From Tubiluchus corallicola (lineage: Eukaryota; Animalia; Priapulida): a stretch of DNA of 55,716 bases. The first letter of the stretch is position 1. Every line of letters begins with the position of its first letter. Of the stretch, positions 10,474 to 23,433 are shown piece after piece. The stretch covers positions 1-55,716 of the forward strand of contig JAQGDQ010001203.1 in the NCBI GenBank assembly GCA_030141605.1. The letters run 5' to 3'. The translations under genes were made by a program, and so were the position numbers. Under the pieces are notes generated by a model. That model was not told the origin of the DNA, ran no database searches, and saw only the letters and a program-made list of their open reading frames with translations.

Positions 10474-12732
10474 CTACTGATGGCTTCTGTCAGAATATCT
10501 TTTGCTAAGCATGTCAAATATTTCCTCATAGTCAGCAGGTGGAGTTTTGGGTCGGTTATCGTTATTCCCGTTATTGTAATCAGGTGCTGGTTCATTCGGG
10601 CGTTTCCACCACGTGTCGCCGTATTGTGGATCTCTGTGGGGTTTATAACGGACTCCCTCGGCCACTTTTTCAAAATAGTCGGCTTTGTCTGCCACGCTTT
10701 TCATTCTAGGCATTGTTCTCAGAGGGTCATTGTGCTTAGTGTCATTTACAGGACGAAGACCTTTCTCCGTTGTTTCTCTCACGGCGTCACGGGGATCGGC
10801 TGGTAATGGCAGTGCACCGGCTAAATGCCGTGGTTTTTTCTGTTTTTGATCTCGATAATAAAAACCATGGTACGGATCTTCTTCTGCCCTGTCGTCGTAC
10901 GGATTGGCCCTTGGTGAATATCTCATTTCTGTTTCCCCGCCTTTCAAAGGCTCAACGCCAATCTTTCTTGTCGGACCGTATACGGGGATCTGGTCTTTAT
11001 GCGCATAACGATTCGGAGGATACTCTCCGAAAAGTTCTTGCGGTTGACTCGGTCGTCCACGCGGGCTGTGTTGAGGATATCCATGTGGACGATACAAGTC
11101 CTCCTGGTAGGGTATAAATTCATTTGGCTGATTATGTGAAGGCTTATAATTTTGCACATTGTGCCTGTCTACCGGTTGACTTTGATTTGGGTCACCTCTT
11201 GTGCGAATGTCTTCACTTAAATTCTTTGAATCACCATAATTTGAAGGGCCACTATGTATTGTAGGTGATTCATTTTGTCCAAAGGATTTTGCTTGGGGTT
11301 CATCACTGCTGAAGAGAAAAGCAGCATCTTCATCAAACCGTCCTGTTGGTCTTCTTTTTTCTTCAGCGTGGTATTTTTTATCTTTCTTTTTGGCCTGCTT
11401 GTATATACCTTTACCTAGTTCCTTTTTTGGCAATTTTTTATTTTTACTTGTATCAAGATCTTCAGCAAATGTTGGACCTTCTGTTTGTCCATAATCTGTA
11501 TTCCTTCTGTCAGGACTTGGTTGGTATGGATGCTGGTCTGGATAATCTGTTTTCCTTCTGTCGGGACTTGGTTGGTATGGATGCTGGTCTGGATAATCTG
11601 TATTCCTTCTGTCGGGACTTGGTTGGTATGGATGCTGGTCTGGATAATCTGTTTTCCTTCTGTCGGGACTTGGTTGGTGTGGATGCTGGTCTGGATAATC
11701 TGTTTTCCTTCTGTCAGGACTTGACTGGTATGGATGCTGGTCTGGATAATCTCTATTCCTTCTGTCGGGACTTGGTTGGTATGGATGCTGGTCTGGATAA
11801 TCTCTATTCCTTCTGTCGGGACTTGGTTGGTATGGATGCTGGTCTGGATAATCTGTTTTCCTTCTGTCAGGACTTGACTGGTATGGATGCTGGTCTGGAT
11901 AATCTGTATTCCTTCTGTCAGGACTTGGCTGGTATGGATAACCTGAAGTCTTTCTGCCAGCATGTGGCTGATGTGGATAATCGGCATTTTTTCTACCGGG
12001 GCTTGGCTGGAGTGGATACTCTGTATTCTTTCTACCGGGGCTTGGCTGGAGTGGATACTCTGTATTCTTTCTACCGCGACTTGGCTGGAGTGGATAATCT
12101 GTATTCCTTCCGTTGGGACTTGGCTGGAATGGATAATCTGCATTCCTTCTGTCGGGACTTGGCTGTGCCCTTTCCGCCATATTCCCAGTATATGGGCCAA
12201 TTGCTTCTGTGTTTCTTCTGTCTTGATTTTGTTTTAGAATCCAGTTAGACTGCTCTCTGGGTGGATTTGAATTGGAATAAGGACCACCCAATCTTCTTGC
12301 AGGGGGATAGCCATCAGCAAGCCCATCACGTGGATGCCTTTGCGTGGAGTCTCCCTGGGTACTGGGGAAGAGTTCTGGAGCAGGCTGGGGGTTAATGTTA
12401 CCTCTACTAGGACTGTGCTGTGGATATCCATTGGTATTTACTGCAAGTGGCTTGTATTGAGGATACGCACTGGTCTTTATTCCAAATGGATTGGTTTTAG
12501 GATGTTCATAGGGGCTACTTCCGTATGGATTAGGCTGAAGATGTGCATTCAAGTTAGAATTACCTCCACTTGGGTGAAGTTGACGATATGGAGTCGTTTG
12601 ATTTATTGCACTTGCAGGATACCTCTCTTCATTCGCTCTCGACTCTGGGCTGGCTTCTTTCAGAATCCAGTTTGAATTGTTCGATCCTGCTGGATTTTCC
12701 GTTGGCTTCTCTTTCGTTTTCTTATACGGCAT
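10474..12732 (-). CDS. Uncharacterised ~752-aa low-complexity protein (P/Q/Y/R/D/S-rich) with 13-aa and 17-aa tandem repeats
   Basis: 2.26-kb stop-free frame, mostly non-repetitive and more GC-rich than the flanks. First ATG at 12732 (MPYKK) has an in-frame upstream stop. A good acceptor ttttatttcacag precedes an exon start at 12813. Confidence 0.8.
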   Translation of the reverse strand: MPYKKTKEKPTENPAGSNNSNWILKEASPESRANEERYPASAINQTTPYRQLHPSGGNSNLNAHLQPNPYGSSPYEHPKTNPFGIKTSAYPQYKPLAVNTNGYPQHSPSRGNINPQPAPELFPSTQGDSTQRHPRDGLADGYPPARRLGGPYSNSNPPREQSNWILKQNQDRRNTEAIGPYTGNMAERAQPSPDRRNADYPFQPSPNGRNTDYPLQPSRGRKNTEYPLQPSPGRKNTEYPLQPSPGRKNADYPHQPHAGRKTSGYPYQPSPDRRNTDYPDQHPYQSSPDRRKTDYPDQHPYQPSPDRRNRDYPDQHPYQPSPDRRNRDYPDQHPYQSSPDRRKTDYPDQHPHQPSPDRRKTDYPDQHPYQPSPDRRNTDYPDQHPYQPSPDRRKTDYPDQHPYQPSPDRRNTDYGQTEGPTFAEDLDTSKNKKLPKKELGKGIYKQAKKKDKKYHAEEKRRPTGRFDEDAAFLFSSDEPQAKSFGQNESPTIHSGPSNYGDSKNLSEDIRTRGDPNQSQPVDRHNVQNYKPSHNQPNEFIPYQEDLYRPHGYPQHSPRGRPSQPQELFGEYPPNRYAHKDQIPVYGPTRKIGVEPLKGGETEMRYSPRANPYDDRAEEDPYHGFYYRDQKQKKPRHLAGALPLPADPRDAVRETTEKGLRPVNDTKHNDPLRTMPRMKSVADKADYFEKVAEGVRYKPHRDPQYGDTWWKRPNEPAPDYNNGNNDNRPKTPPADYEEIFDMLSKRYSDRSHQ
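11492..12165 (-). repeat. Coding tandem repeat: six 39-bp units, then eight full and one partial 51-bp units
   Basis: QPSPGRKNTEYPL-type x6, then QPSPDRRNTDYPDQHPY-type x8 plus a partial. Confidence 0.9.
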
Positions 12733-13642
12733 AGTTTCTTTGACTCGAATTTGTCTCTTACATGAGAACAATACGGTACAAAGAATATAGACCCATAGAA
12801 GTTACTCGGGTACCTGTGAAATAAAACAAGTTTAATCACTTGTTTAGATGAATAACTAAGTTTCGACGAAATAACTACAAGTCGACAAAAACCAGCAAAT
12901 GTGCAAATAACAAAACTAAGGTATATATATATATATATATATAAAATAATCTTTATTTGCCATTAAAATACATTGATAATCACTGATAAAAACTTTACAG
13001 AGATGATCAATCAGTGTTAGTTAATAAAAGCTTACACTGCTAAAGGCAAATGCGTCAGTGCAATCTAAACTACTGTGCAGTAATGGAAAGTAACGACGAA
13101 TAAAATCAAACATATTTACAACTATGCACAAACAAATGAAAAAAACTATGATTTAATTAATATGGCCGTGGATATATGAATTCTGAATTAGTGTGTATGT
13201 TGTTGTATCTCATTACAAAAAGCTATACACATTTAAAGTTACTTTGCGGTTTGGAAATTTGATTTCACTTTCCTTTTAGTTAAATTGTTACAAAAAATCA
13301 ACAAAAAATGTCTTCAAATACGCTCTGCATAGGTTACTAAAAATATATATATATAAAGCAAAAAAGTTTAAAAACTCTTTTTGATAACAAACATTTTCAT
13401 AAAAAAACACCCCTGATAGACAGATGCACACCTTAAGATACGTATACAATGAAATACTAAACCATTATTGTAGCAAAAATTGTACTTACAAAGTAGATAG
13501 CAGTGTTGCGGGTTTTAGTATAAGCTCAATCTGTCTCCAGTCATAAAAAGACAAAGTCAAAAACAAAGCAAAATTCGGAACACTAATGATCACACGGTCA
13601 GTCCATTCTCCACAGTTATTGCAGTAAAGTTAACATGATTAC

Positions 13643-13740
13643 CTGTACTGATGTGACTGGAATGTCAGTCGTTTAACACCTGATAATCTCGTGTTTACAA
13701 TAAACTTTCTTCATATTAATGCATGCCAGCTCACTGACGT
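13643..13740 (-). other. Possible non-coding 5' exon of the 752-aa gene
   Basis: Donor CAG|GTAATC at 13643/13642 upstream of the 12813 acceptor; the 5' limit is a guess. Confidence 0.3.
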
Positions 13741-14321
13741 CTCTACTATGTACACAAATTAATAATCAGTAGCATATTTATAGCATAAGACCAAATATTA
13801 GTAGCTTACAATTCTACACTGCAGGCTAGCAGTGGAAGCATAACCTTTCAAAGCCACTTTACCGTTCTCCTACTTATTATAGCAACCGAAAAACGGTTAG
13901 TTTGTCAAAGATGCCAGCAGTTTGGCATGTAATATTCCGAAGATCAAATTATTCCTACGATCAGGAGCGAAATTATACTAAACATGCAAGAAAGCATTGG
14001 GTTCAAATCACTCCAGGTGTGATTGTGCGAGGTAAAATGTACAGTGTCCTTTCTGATTGTGATCAGTTAGTTCAAGATTGGAATTGTGCAATATGCATGT
14101 TTGATTTCAAAGTCCAAATTGCAATAAAACTGCACCTACATGCGTAGAACAAATCCATTTTCATGTACAAATTCTCTCACAAATTATTGTCTCCTTTATT
14201 TACTGATTATTTTTGTTTGAATGCTTGTTATAGTTTGAATTGTTTGTTATAGACTTAACTATCACTACACATAGTGCAACACTAATGTTAGAAAATTTTC
14301 TATTTTAATACAAAATACAAT

Positions 14322-14422
14322 GGCCCTTACATATGGAATTCAATTGCTCCAGCTATTAAAAACGTCAACTCGCTGTCCATATTTAAAAAAAATTATAAAT
14401 TAAACTTACTTGAAACATATAA
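14322..14422 (+). mobile_element. L2/CR1-type LINE C-terminal remnant
   Basis: Translates GPYIWNSIAPAIKNVNSLSIFKKNYKLNLL. Confidence 0.6.
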
Positions 14423-14843
14423 CTGATCACTCAATCATGATTTGTTGTTTTTCATTTTCAAAAACTTCCCCTCTAGTATAATAATATTTTTATTACTTCC
14501 CACCCGTATTTATATTTGTATATATTGTAATATTGTAGCTGTATATATTGTAATCTTTTTCGCAACTAATTCTAGTGACCTACCATCAGCTAGCTGCTTA
14601 GGCCTCTAGCGCAGAATTCATGAATTGTATCATAATTTTGTATTAAGAAATACTGATTATCGATGCACATGTAATGTAGATGTATATGTAAATGTTTATT
14701 GCGAAATACAACCAGGTAAACGTGGAGACCGAGAATTTTTATAGATAGTTTAATCTTCAATGTTCATTTCAATTCATGCAGTCTACTTAGCAACTAATCA
14801 ATGATATACAATATAGCATATAGGCCTACAGAACCTCTTTTAA

Positions 14844-15301
14844 CCCTTTCATACCCGTTGTATCCCGTGGGATACGAGAATATTTTCTACCTTTAAAATT
14901 AATAAAATTTTAAAACTGACACTTATTTGATCTGTTAATAGTCATTTTGATTTAAGCCAATAACAATAGACTAAAAATGGTGATAAAATGGCAAACTAGA
15001 AAATCTACATAGCATAAAAAACTGCGCACGGTATAGTACTTTAGAGACGACTTTGTACAGATCAGCATAGCATGCATACTAAATGTCTTAAATACTTTAA
15101 AAAATTATCAGCAGTTGCAAAATGAAGCACATTTTATGCTTCCATTGAATCCCAATGTATCCCGTGGGATACAGGCTATATTTAGCACGCAGGCACAGGT
15201 AGAAAAAATAATTATTACGTGTAAACAAGATGGACATACTGAACAAAAGTACCAAGCCAAAAAGTTTTTTCTTATTAAAAAATAATTTGGGACTGAAAGG
15301 G
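14844..15301 (+). mobile_element. MITE family B, piggyBac-like
   Basis: TTAA TSD on both sides; near-identical to 7255..7713. Confidence 0.9.
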
Positions 15302-15716
15302 TTAATCTACGGAAAAGAGAAAATGGTTTGCAATAATGTTCACAAGAGGGAGCCAGCATAAACCACTGCTTGACAAGTGCACAGTTGTAAAGTTGGTCTA
15401 TAACCCTGCTTCACTTCTAGAAAAGGATCAGAATACTGCACTGAAGTTGTGCTACCATTACCAGGCCACTCTGTTTAAAAAGAACAGCAAAAAATGAACG
15501 TTGGGCCAAAGAACACAGTTCCCACACGCATGAAATTAGTTCGTGAAGCGGATTCGGGTTAGGGTCAGCGTTAGGGTACTTAAAATGTGTGAAGAATTGT
15601 AGACTCCATCCGACCATTGTTACCATGACAACATCCACCAAGCCTGCGCTTTGATTTTTCAAAAATTCTTGAAATGTGCCAAGCTGATGTAGGACGAGAG
15701 GAGGTACCTTTATACT

Positions 15717-16453
15717 TTGTGGCGGCTCGTAGTTAAAATTAGTTGGGATGCTGCTTCGGAGAATGTACAGCAATTATTTTAATGTCGTGTAAAACAAAAC
15801 AATAAAGAGAAAATTTAATCAAGAAAACACTGTGTTACACTTGCACAACAGGATTGGCACTGCGTGAGTGACAGTACTTTTCCTACCTAGCTTACAGCTT
15901 CTTATCTCGGACACGTGCGCATGGCAGCATTCGCACAACAGGGTCGGCACTGCGTGAGCGACAGTGCTTTTTCTAGCTAGCGTGCAGCTTCTCGTCTCGA
16001 ACACGTGCACATGTGCACAACAGCCAAGCACCGCATCGCTGGAACTGATAAGCGCACAGTTCCATACAAGGATTTGTGTAATTGTTTCTTGAAATAGTGA
16101 ACTGGCTACTGACATTAAGCTCAAGGATTATATAATATACAAGTATAAAAGAGAATTAAAGAAGTTAAGACTCGTTATATTGAATATTATTGATAATACT
16201 GAGTGAAAACTGTGTGAGTGACAGTACTTTTTCTACCTGGGCTCAGACATGGCTGCATGCACACAACAGCCAAACACTGTGTTGCTGGAGCCCACCGTGC
16301 TGGGCTGCAAAGCAAACAGTACTACCCTCATGTGCTCTGGTTCCGTACAAGTATAAAGAAAGAACTAAAGAAAAAAGACTAATTATATTGATAATATCGA
16401 ATGAAAATAGGGGGTGCTGCAGTTCCACAGTGCCTATACACAAGCAGCCACTG
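15717..16453 (-). mobile_element. MITE family C copy (reverse, internally rearranged or duplicated)
   Basis: Ends gtggcggctcgt / caagcagccactg; homologous to 29358..29838. Confidence 0.7.
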
Positions 16454-16877
16454 TACGCTCAACATGAAGCATCTTCTTTTGTATTGTGGATGAATATATA
16501 TATTACGGGCGGCACACAAACTCGACAATCAAAACAAAAACACAAAACAGATTTTTTTTTCAAAATACTCATAATATTGAAATCTTGTTCACAGACAGAT
16601 ATTCATAAATTGATCACATTAAATACAGTCGATCACTGAAAACTGCCATTATCTTCAATAGCAACTGTCTTACAGAACACCGGTACCGTTATTTTGAACA
16701 TTAATACGTATCTATAATCACACGTTTACACAATGGAGAAGTAGAGGGAACATTGATGACAATTTCATACAAATCCATAGAGGAAAAAATCATGTATAAA
16801 GGGGCCAGCACAAAACTTAAATTCTGATGTCAAAATATTGACATCCTCAGCCCAGTCATTTTCAAAATTAATAGAAA

Positions 16878-17218
16878 AAGCCTTTTCACAGTTTCGTTGT
16901 GCGCACGTGCAGCTCTAGTCAAATGCATCACAACAACGGGTAAGGCAAAGCCGTATGCCGTGTCAGTTCAGTAAAGCCACTTGTTTTACGTGAAATGTAC
17001 TTAATTATGCATTAATCTAGCAGGATTTGCTAGTAGTATTTTGCATGAGAATTAGAAAAAATGAACTAGGAAAGGTTCTAGCTAGCCGTTAAAAATGTTG
17101 CTACGACAATAGTGTTAGCTGGGAGGCATAGTCAAGTGTACATAAATGTTTTGTCTGGTACACTTAACCTTTGACCTTTTCACGATCATCATCAATCGCT
17201 GGAACTGTGAAAACGCTT
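16878..17218. mobile_element. TIR element (aagccttttcacagtt ... aactgtgaaaacgctt)
   Basis: About 16-bp terminal inverted repeat; second partial copy at 3543..3768. Confidence 0.65.
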
Positions 17219-17313
17219 GTTAGAGGCTTAAAAGCAAAACTTCTGTTAACTGACACTAAAACGGAATGAGCAAAATACAGTCTGTAACAACGGCAGATGT
17301 AATTTATGAGGTT

Positions 17314-17532
17314 AGACACAATTAGAAACTGATGTCATATAGACACAATTAGAAACTGATGTCATAAGGTTAGATATAATTAGAAACTGACGTCATAAGG
17401 ACACAATTAGAAACTGATGTCATATAGACACAATTAGAAACTGATGTCATATAGACACAATTAGAAACTGATGTCATATAGACACAATTAGAAACTGATG
17501 TCATATAGACACAATTAGAAACTGATGTCATA
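17314..17532. repeat. ~27-bp minisatellite (agacacaattagaaactgatgtcatat), about 8 units
   Basis: Seen directly. Confidence 0.95.
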
Positions 17533-17789
17533 AGGAACCAATGAAAAGCAGTGAATGAAATCATATATGCAACAAAAAACAAGTTTCACAAACATTTCAC
17601 AAGTTTTTACTAAATTCCAAATTGGTACGTCTACAGATCGCTTCTTTAATCGACAGACTTTGATTTTCATGTAAATCGAGAAGAAATATATTTTCTAATT
17701 GCACCCCGATGTTACGAAACCTGATAATTGACCTTAATCATGAAATCATTAAAAAAGAATTAATGGCAAAGGAATGAAAAATGATTACG

Positions 17790-17930
17790 AAAACCAATGT
17801 TTATCAACGAAAAACAATGTTTATCAACAAAAAACAATGCTTATCAACAAAAAACAATGCTTATCTACGAAAAACAATGCTTATCTACGAAAAACAATGC
17901 TTATCAACGAAAAACCCTTATCAACGAAAA
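17790..17930. repeat. ~20-bp minisatellite (aaaacaatgcttatcaacga)
   Basis: Seen directly. Confidence 0.9.
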
Positions 17931-18685
17931 AAAGCCTTGGCAGCAAACCCTGCGGATTACAAATGAGTAAAGCAACTTTTAGTTCGAATGTTGGAAGTTG
18001 CAGGGACCCAAAACTATCGTATCAAGCGATGAATTAGCGACACAAAATGTATGAAATAATAAGATGTTGTAACTTAATTTTATCTCTACAGAAATTGCTC
18101 GTGTTGCGGGGAAAATTCGCTAATGTGAAAATATCTGCAGTTCACGCTAAAAATTGTGTTTTAAAAGTTTTTAGAAATTGTTTATAATTTCTTGTTTACA
18201 TACTAAGGCTGGAAGTAGCGAGTTTTGCCATGTCAGAACTATCGTGCTCTCAAGATTGGAGTCAAAACACGTCCTAGTGCGGCAAATGATTACAATAATC
18301 CTGCACAGTATACATTTTTGTAAAATATATCGGCTATATTTCTGTTGGCCGTCGATCAAAGAAGCGATTTCGCATAATCTTCAACGTAAATGTACCACGA
18401 CGTCTAAGCATGGTGGTGATAAATTATAAAAGGCATTAATCGACGGTCGCATGCAAAGTACAGTAGGCACCGTTTATCAGGCTCACGGTTAAATACAATC
18501 ACAGTCGCTTAATAGAATCAATATTTTACTTAAAATAAGAAACTTGTGTGTGACCAAAACTTTTACTGCCTTTATGTCATCTTTATGTCACGCAGTGCAC
18601 GGCATTTTTGACAAAACCAAAATGTAGTTTTGTCGCCATTTTCTAATAATATTTACTATGATAATAATATTTTCTAATAATAATA

Positions 18686-19030
18686 CGGTCGACCCTCGTT
18701 AAACCGGACCCCGTTAGCCCGGATATCGGATAAGACGGATGTCATCCGTGGTAAAGGAAACTGAACGGTTTCCGTCCGAGCCGGAGCGCTAAACACAACA
18801 CGGCCTACCAACTGTACAATAATTTCTTTATCCTCACAGGTTAACTATTTTAAAGTAATATACAGTATACTATATAGTGCACATATAGTGTATATAGTGT
18901 AATGTATATAGGCTTTATTAAGGTGATTATTCCTGTATAATATACACCATATATAGGCATATCGGATAAATCAGACGATCGGCTAAACCGGACCACCCCC
19001 CAATTAGTCCAGTTTAACGAGGGTTGACTC
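18686..19030. mobile_element. Tc1/mariner (pogo/Tigger-like) MITE
   Basis: TA|cggtcgaccctcgttaaaccggac ... gtccagtttaacgagggttgactc|TA. Confidence 0.8.
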
Positions 19031-19725
19031 TACTTATAAACTACATTTATCATCGTTAGTTTGCTTAGATGAAGTTCCATTCTGTTTTACTGTTCTTCAG
19101 TAAACGCTTCGTTTTTAAATCCTAAACTTAATTAGTCTTAATCAGCTTAATAGTGAACTCGGCCGAGAGTGTTGAATATTGACATTAAAGTTTGGTTATC
19201 ATATTATTTTCTCGCAATTTTTTCGTTTCACTACAATCGAGTAATTCGCGAAAGTGTTCATAATTTGCTCCTTGCGAAAATAAACTACTTTAATTTAAAA
19301 AAATAACAGCAACAATTTAAGCACGGAGAGCCGCAACAGAAATACGTTTTGCTCAAATTGCTACATTTCTCTGTAGAAAATATTCGATTCTTAACCGGAA
19401 TTCAACACACTCGGTAAAACATACGATCAGAATTCAAATCTTACTTACACCGCCGGGCTACTATAACCACAATTCAGTTAACCGAACGGGTTAGTTACGG
19501 TTAAAAAAAAATAAATACTATGGTAACCACCAGTGAGAATATGTGTTACTAATTGGTAGTTCTGATCTAAAACTTTAACAATGAAATCAACCATACTGTG
19601 AAATACAAAAAGTCCTAATTTTCTAGTAATGTTCAACATAAATATACCACAGTGTTTAAGCACAGCGGATACAATGTGCATTTCCAAATTAAAAAACCTG
19701 TTACTTGACAGTTTCATGTCAAATA

Positions 19726-19826
19726 CAGTAGGCGCTTTTTACTAGACTCACTGCTAATTGACTCAGTCGTTTAATTGGGTCAAAACACTTCCATCCCAAA
19801 GTGAGTCTATTAAGCAGCGCCTACTA
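19726..19826. mobile_element. ~100-bp Tigger-like mini-MITE
   Basis: TA|cagtaggcgct...agactcac / gtgagtct...agcgcctacta|TA; related end at about 18460. Confidence 0.7.
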
Positions 19827-20082
19827 TACCGCGAAAATAAGGGCAGGTTTTTACTCAACAAGAGCAAAAGGACAATTCCAATTTCTTTGATATCAAGTAC
19901 AATGTACGAGTGAATGTTCAGAACAGAAACGTTCGTCGTAAATTCTCTAGTAGGAAAGACGCCAGCAGAAATCTAATACAGTGATAAACAGATAGCTCAG
20001 GTATTATTACTTCTATAATTAATTATGCAGCTGTAAGAAAAAAATCTGGGACAGTTAGTCGTAAACTGACGAAGTGCATCAG

Positions 20083-20552
20083 CAGGGATGAGAATTTTCT
20101 GCGGATACGCGAAATTCCGAGTTTCTGGAAGACCAGTAGTGCTACTTTTGTAAATCGCGTAAATTCGTTGAGAAAATTTTTACGGACCCAGTACATTATT
20201 TCACAAACTCACCGCTAGTTGGCAGGCCGTCACTTTGTTTACATCACGTACATCAGTGTAACCACGTGTATGTCTATGTATAAAAATATAGAATCAATTG
20301 TGCGGAGTTATTTGAGTCAATTGCAGACAGTTTTTATATACTTTTGCATAGGAGCGGCCAGTACTTAGACGTTTTTGAGACAATTAAGTATCATGTATCC
20401 TTGATAGTTGCGTATTTTAAATTATGCATGAAACAAGGTAATTGATATTTTAAGTTCACTTAGAAGCTCTCTATGGTCTACGTGCCCCCCCCCCCCCAAA
20501 AAAAAACTCGGCCTGTTTCAGAGTATTTTGCAATTAGTCGTTCTCATCCCTG
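20083..20552 (+). mobile_element. MITE family D (TIR CAGGGATGAGA)
   Basis: cagggatgagaa...ttctcatccctg; first ~370 bp highly similar to 26343..26873. Confidence 0.85.
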
Positions 20553-21237
20553 CATCAATAGATGCTTATCAATCATTTTACGTTTTTGACTTTATCCGGG
20601 CCAGTTTTTAACCAAAATTTTAGCCACTGTAATTTTTTAAACATTTTTGAGTTACATTAGTTACATTTTATTATAGTTATCAGATTACAATAAAACGTAG
20701 TTTAGAGTACGGAGGTATTCATGCAACAAGAATTTAACGACTTGATGTTTTCTTTAGCCGTTCTGACTAAACTTTAGTCCGTGACTAAATGTTACGTAAA
20801 GCGAGATGTGCGGCACACGTGTGCTTCCGACTCGGCAGTACGTAAGACGAATATTAGTCGCTTGTTTTTTCAACATCCGGAAAGAAATAATCACTCAAGC
20901 AAAAAGCCGAGAAACTTTAACGACGCGTTTTCGTGGTCAGCTGTTTTGTCGCTGAAAAGTTTGCACCACGAAAAAGCTCATTCTTACAGGTACCACTTAC
21001 AAAAACAGCCGAAAGAATTCGGAGAAATTCAACAGAAAAAAGTGACAAAAAAGAACGTCTCCCCCACCCCCACCCCCAATAAGCTCTTCCTACAAAGTCG
21101 GGAAAGTTCGTTACAACAGAAACATTTATATTATCATCTAATTAACTTATGCAATATTAATTAACCAAAATACAATACGGTAGAAAAGCTTTAATGAAAT
21201 GATGCCGCCGGAATGCAGCGCGGACGACTTGGCGAGT

Positions 21238-21300
21238 CTAGACACGCTTCCTGTCTGTTAACACCCGTATGATAGAACCAACGCCGCCAACAGTGTAGGC
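21238..21300 (-). CDS. ARPC5: ARPC5 exon 4 (AYTVGGVGSIIRVLTDRKRV*)
   Basis: Acceptor gttttcag; matches the conserved ARPC5 C-terminus GGVGSIVRVLT.RK.V; stop TAG. Confidence 0.95.
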   Translation of the reverse strand, partial: AYTVGGVGSIIRVLTDRKRV

Positions 21301-21531
21301 CTGAAAACACAAAGAAAAAAACGGTAAGCAGGCATAAATTTGATTCGTGTCCGACGAGTGTCATGGATGGAAACCGAATTAGGAATCGCGCGTTTCGGTT
21401 TTTCTAAATAAGCCACGGAATCTAGTCATTTTCCTGCCCAAATTAAGTTATTTAATGATATTTATTTAGTAAAACACAATTTAGAATCCGAATTTAAAGG
21501 CAGTTTTATCTGTTGGAACTAAGTATCTGAA

Positions 21532-22082
21532 AGGAAAACCGGATGATTGTGTAAACACGCGTTCAGAATAAAGTATGGTCTAAAATATTCAAAACTACAA
21601 TAGCTTTTTTTAAAACTAAAGCTTAGATTAAATAATAATTACCTCGGATACTCAAATTTTGTTAAACTTTCAAAGCTACGCGCGGCTCAGTGAATCTACT
21701 AAGATTGGCAGCGGTGCCTTTTTGTCACATTCGCGTGGCCGACAAATAGTAGGCGGTACCGTGATAACCATGATCATGAACTGCAGTGTTAGTTTCTGAC
21801 GTCATATGACGTAGAGCCCATTTTTCGTGACATCATGCATTTAAGCAGTACTGTAACGCTTACGCAAACATGCTTGACACGCAAGGGAAGATGCCTGCCA
21901 TTGCACAAACTGTGGTTAGTTTCTGACGTAAGCTATAGTTGTGTTCGATTGTCGTTAAATTAGCTTTCTGAGCTAATTATTCAAATACAAGAAACAATTG
22001 CTAACTTTTATATGCAAGAAAATGTATATTTTGGGCAGTAAATCAAAATGAGATTGAGTCTAAACAATCGTCCGGTCTTCCT
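21532..22082. mobile_element. Kolobok-like MITE in ARPC5 intron 3
   Basis: TIR aggaaaaccggatgattgt / acaatcgtccggtcttcct; right flank TTAA, left flank TGAA. Confidence 0.65.
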
Positions 22083-22259
22083 TTAACATGGAGCAAAATA
22101 AACTTGGGTTAAATGGCAAGGTACATTTTTGACATTTCATTGATGGTGTAGCATGGTTGAGTCTATCTATATTTTTCCTTGTTACCTATTCGCTTTCATT
22201 GGCGTAAGCATTAATTCCAGCATTTAGTTCATGCGTATTGTCAGTAAAGGTACCTACTC

Positions 22260-22790
22260 CGTGTGTACGTAATGCGTGATGTATGGTCTATAATGTGTAT
22301 ACAACAGTTTGTATTTAAATATGTAGAAGTGTTTCCATGTGTACATAATGCTTGATGCGTATTCATTCACTCATGGATGCGTGATACGTAATGCGTATAC
22401 AACAGTTTGTATTTAAATATGTAGAAGTGTTTCCATGTGTACGTAATGCGTGATGCGTATTCATTCACTCATGGATGCGTGATACGTAATGCGTATACAA
22501 CAGTTTGTATGTAAACATGTAGAAGTGTTTCCATGTGTACGTAATGCGTGATGCGTATTCATTCACCCATGGATGCGTGATACGTAATGCGTATACAACA
22601 GTTTGTATTTAAATATGTAGAAGTGTTTCCATGTGTACATAATGCTTGATGCGTATTCATTCACTCATGGATGCGTGATACGTAATGCGTGATGCGTATT
22701 CATTCACCCATGGATGCGTGATACGTAATGCGTATACAACAATTTGTATTTAAATATGTAGATGTGTTTCCATGTGTACGTACTGCGTGC
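22260..22790. repeat. 98-bp tandem repeat, about 5 units, with tgcgtga/tgcgta subrepeats
   Basis: agaagtgtttcc recurs at about 22325, 22423, 22521 and 22619. Confidence 0.9.
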
Positions 22791-23433
22791 GTACTCGTTC
22801 ATTAGTTCGTAATCGCTATCATCCGAATACGCATCAAGCAGCAGTACCCAGACGAGAAACCGCCGTTGCCTAGGTGATTATAGTCAGTCTTCAAGTTTCC
22901 GGTGACCATTTTCGCTGTTTAGCTTTTTGATAATTCTAGCTAGGTGAGTTTTAGCCACCTTAGGATTGATATATTTTGTTTGAATGTTTGAGAAATGGAA
23001 GAAGCATGTAATTATGTGTTGCGCATGTAACGTGCATGTTATGTGTTGCGATACGGCCGTGTTGTTCTCTCCCCTGCAAAATGTTCTGCACCCAAAACCC
23101 ATGGTTTTTTTTAAATTTTTCCGCCTAATAACAAAGTAATACGCTAATGCTGCAGCTGTAATTATCACGGATAAATTTCGACAGAGACATGCTTTCCAAA
23201 AATTATTGTTTGCAATTTTTACAAATAGCGACCGGAAAAAGCGCCGTGGGTTTTGTTAATACGCATAGTATTTACTGACATATGGAAACAGTCAATATGC
23301 ATCACGCATTACGTGCACATGGAGTCACAGCTTAAAACATTATAAACCATTTACCTTTTCATGCCAAGTAAGCAGAAACCCACTACTACCTCAGTTCATA
23401 CGTACAGTCGGAAATACACCTTAAACCATTTAC

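Noticed and set aside
11346-12248. 300-aa (+) and 261-aa (-) alternative-frame ORFs
   Set aside because: Shadows of the 39/51-bp coding repeats; only the long frame extends through unique sequence
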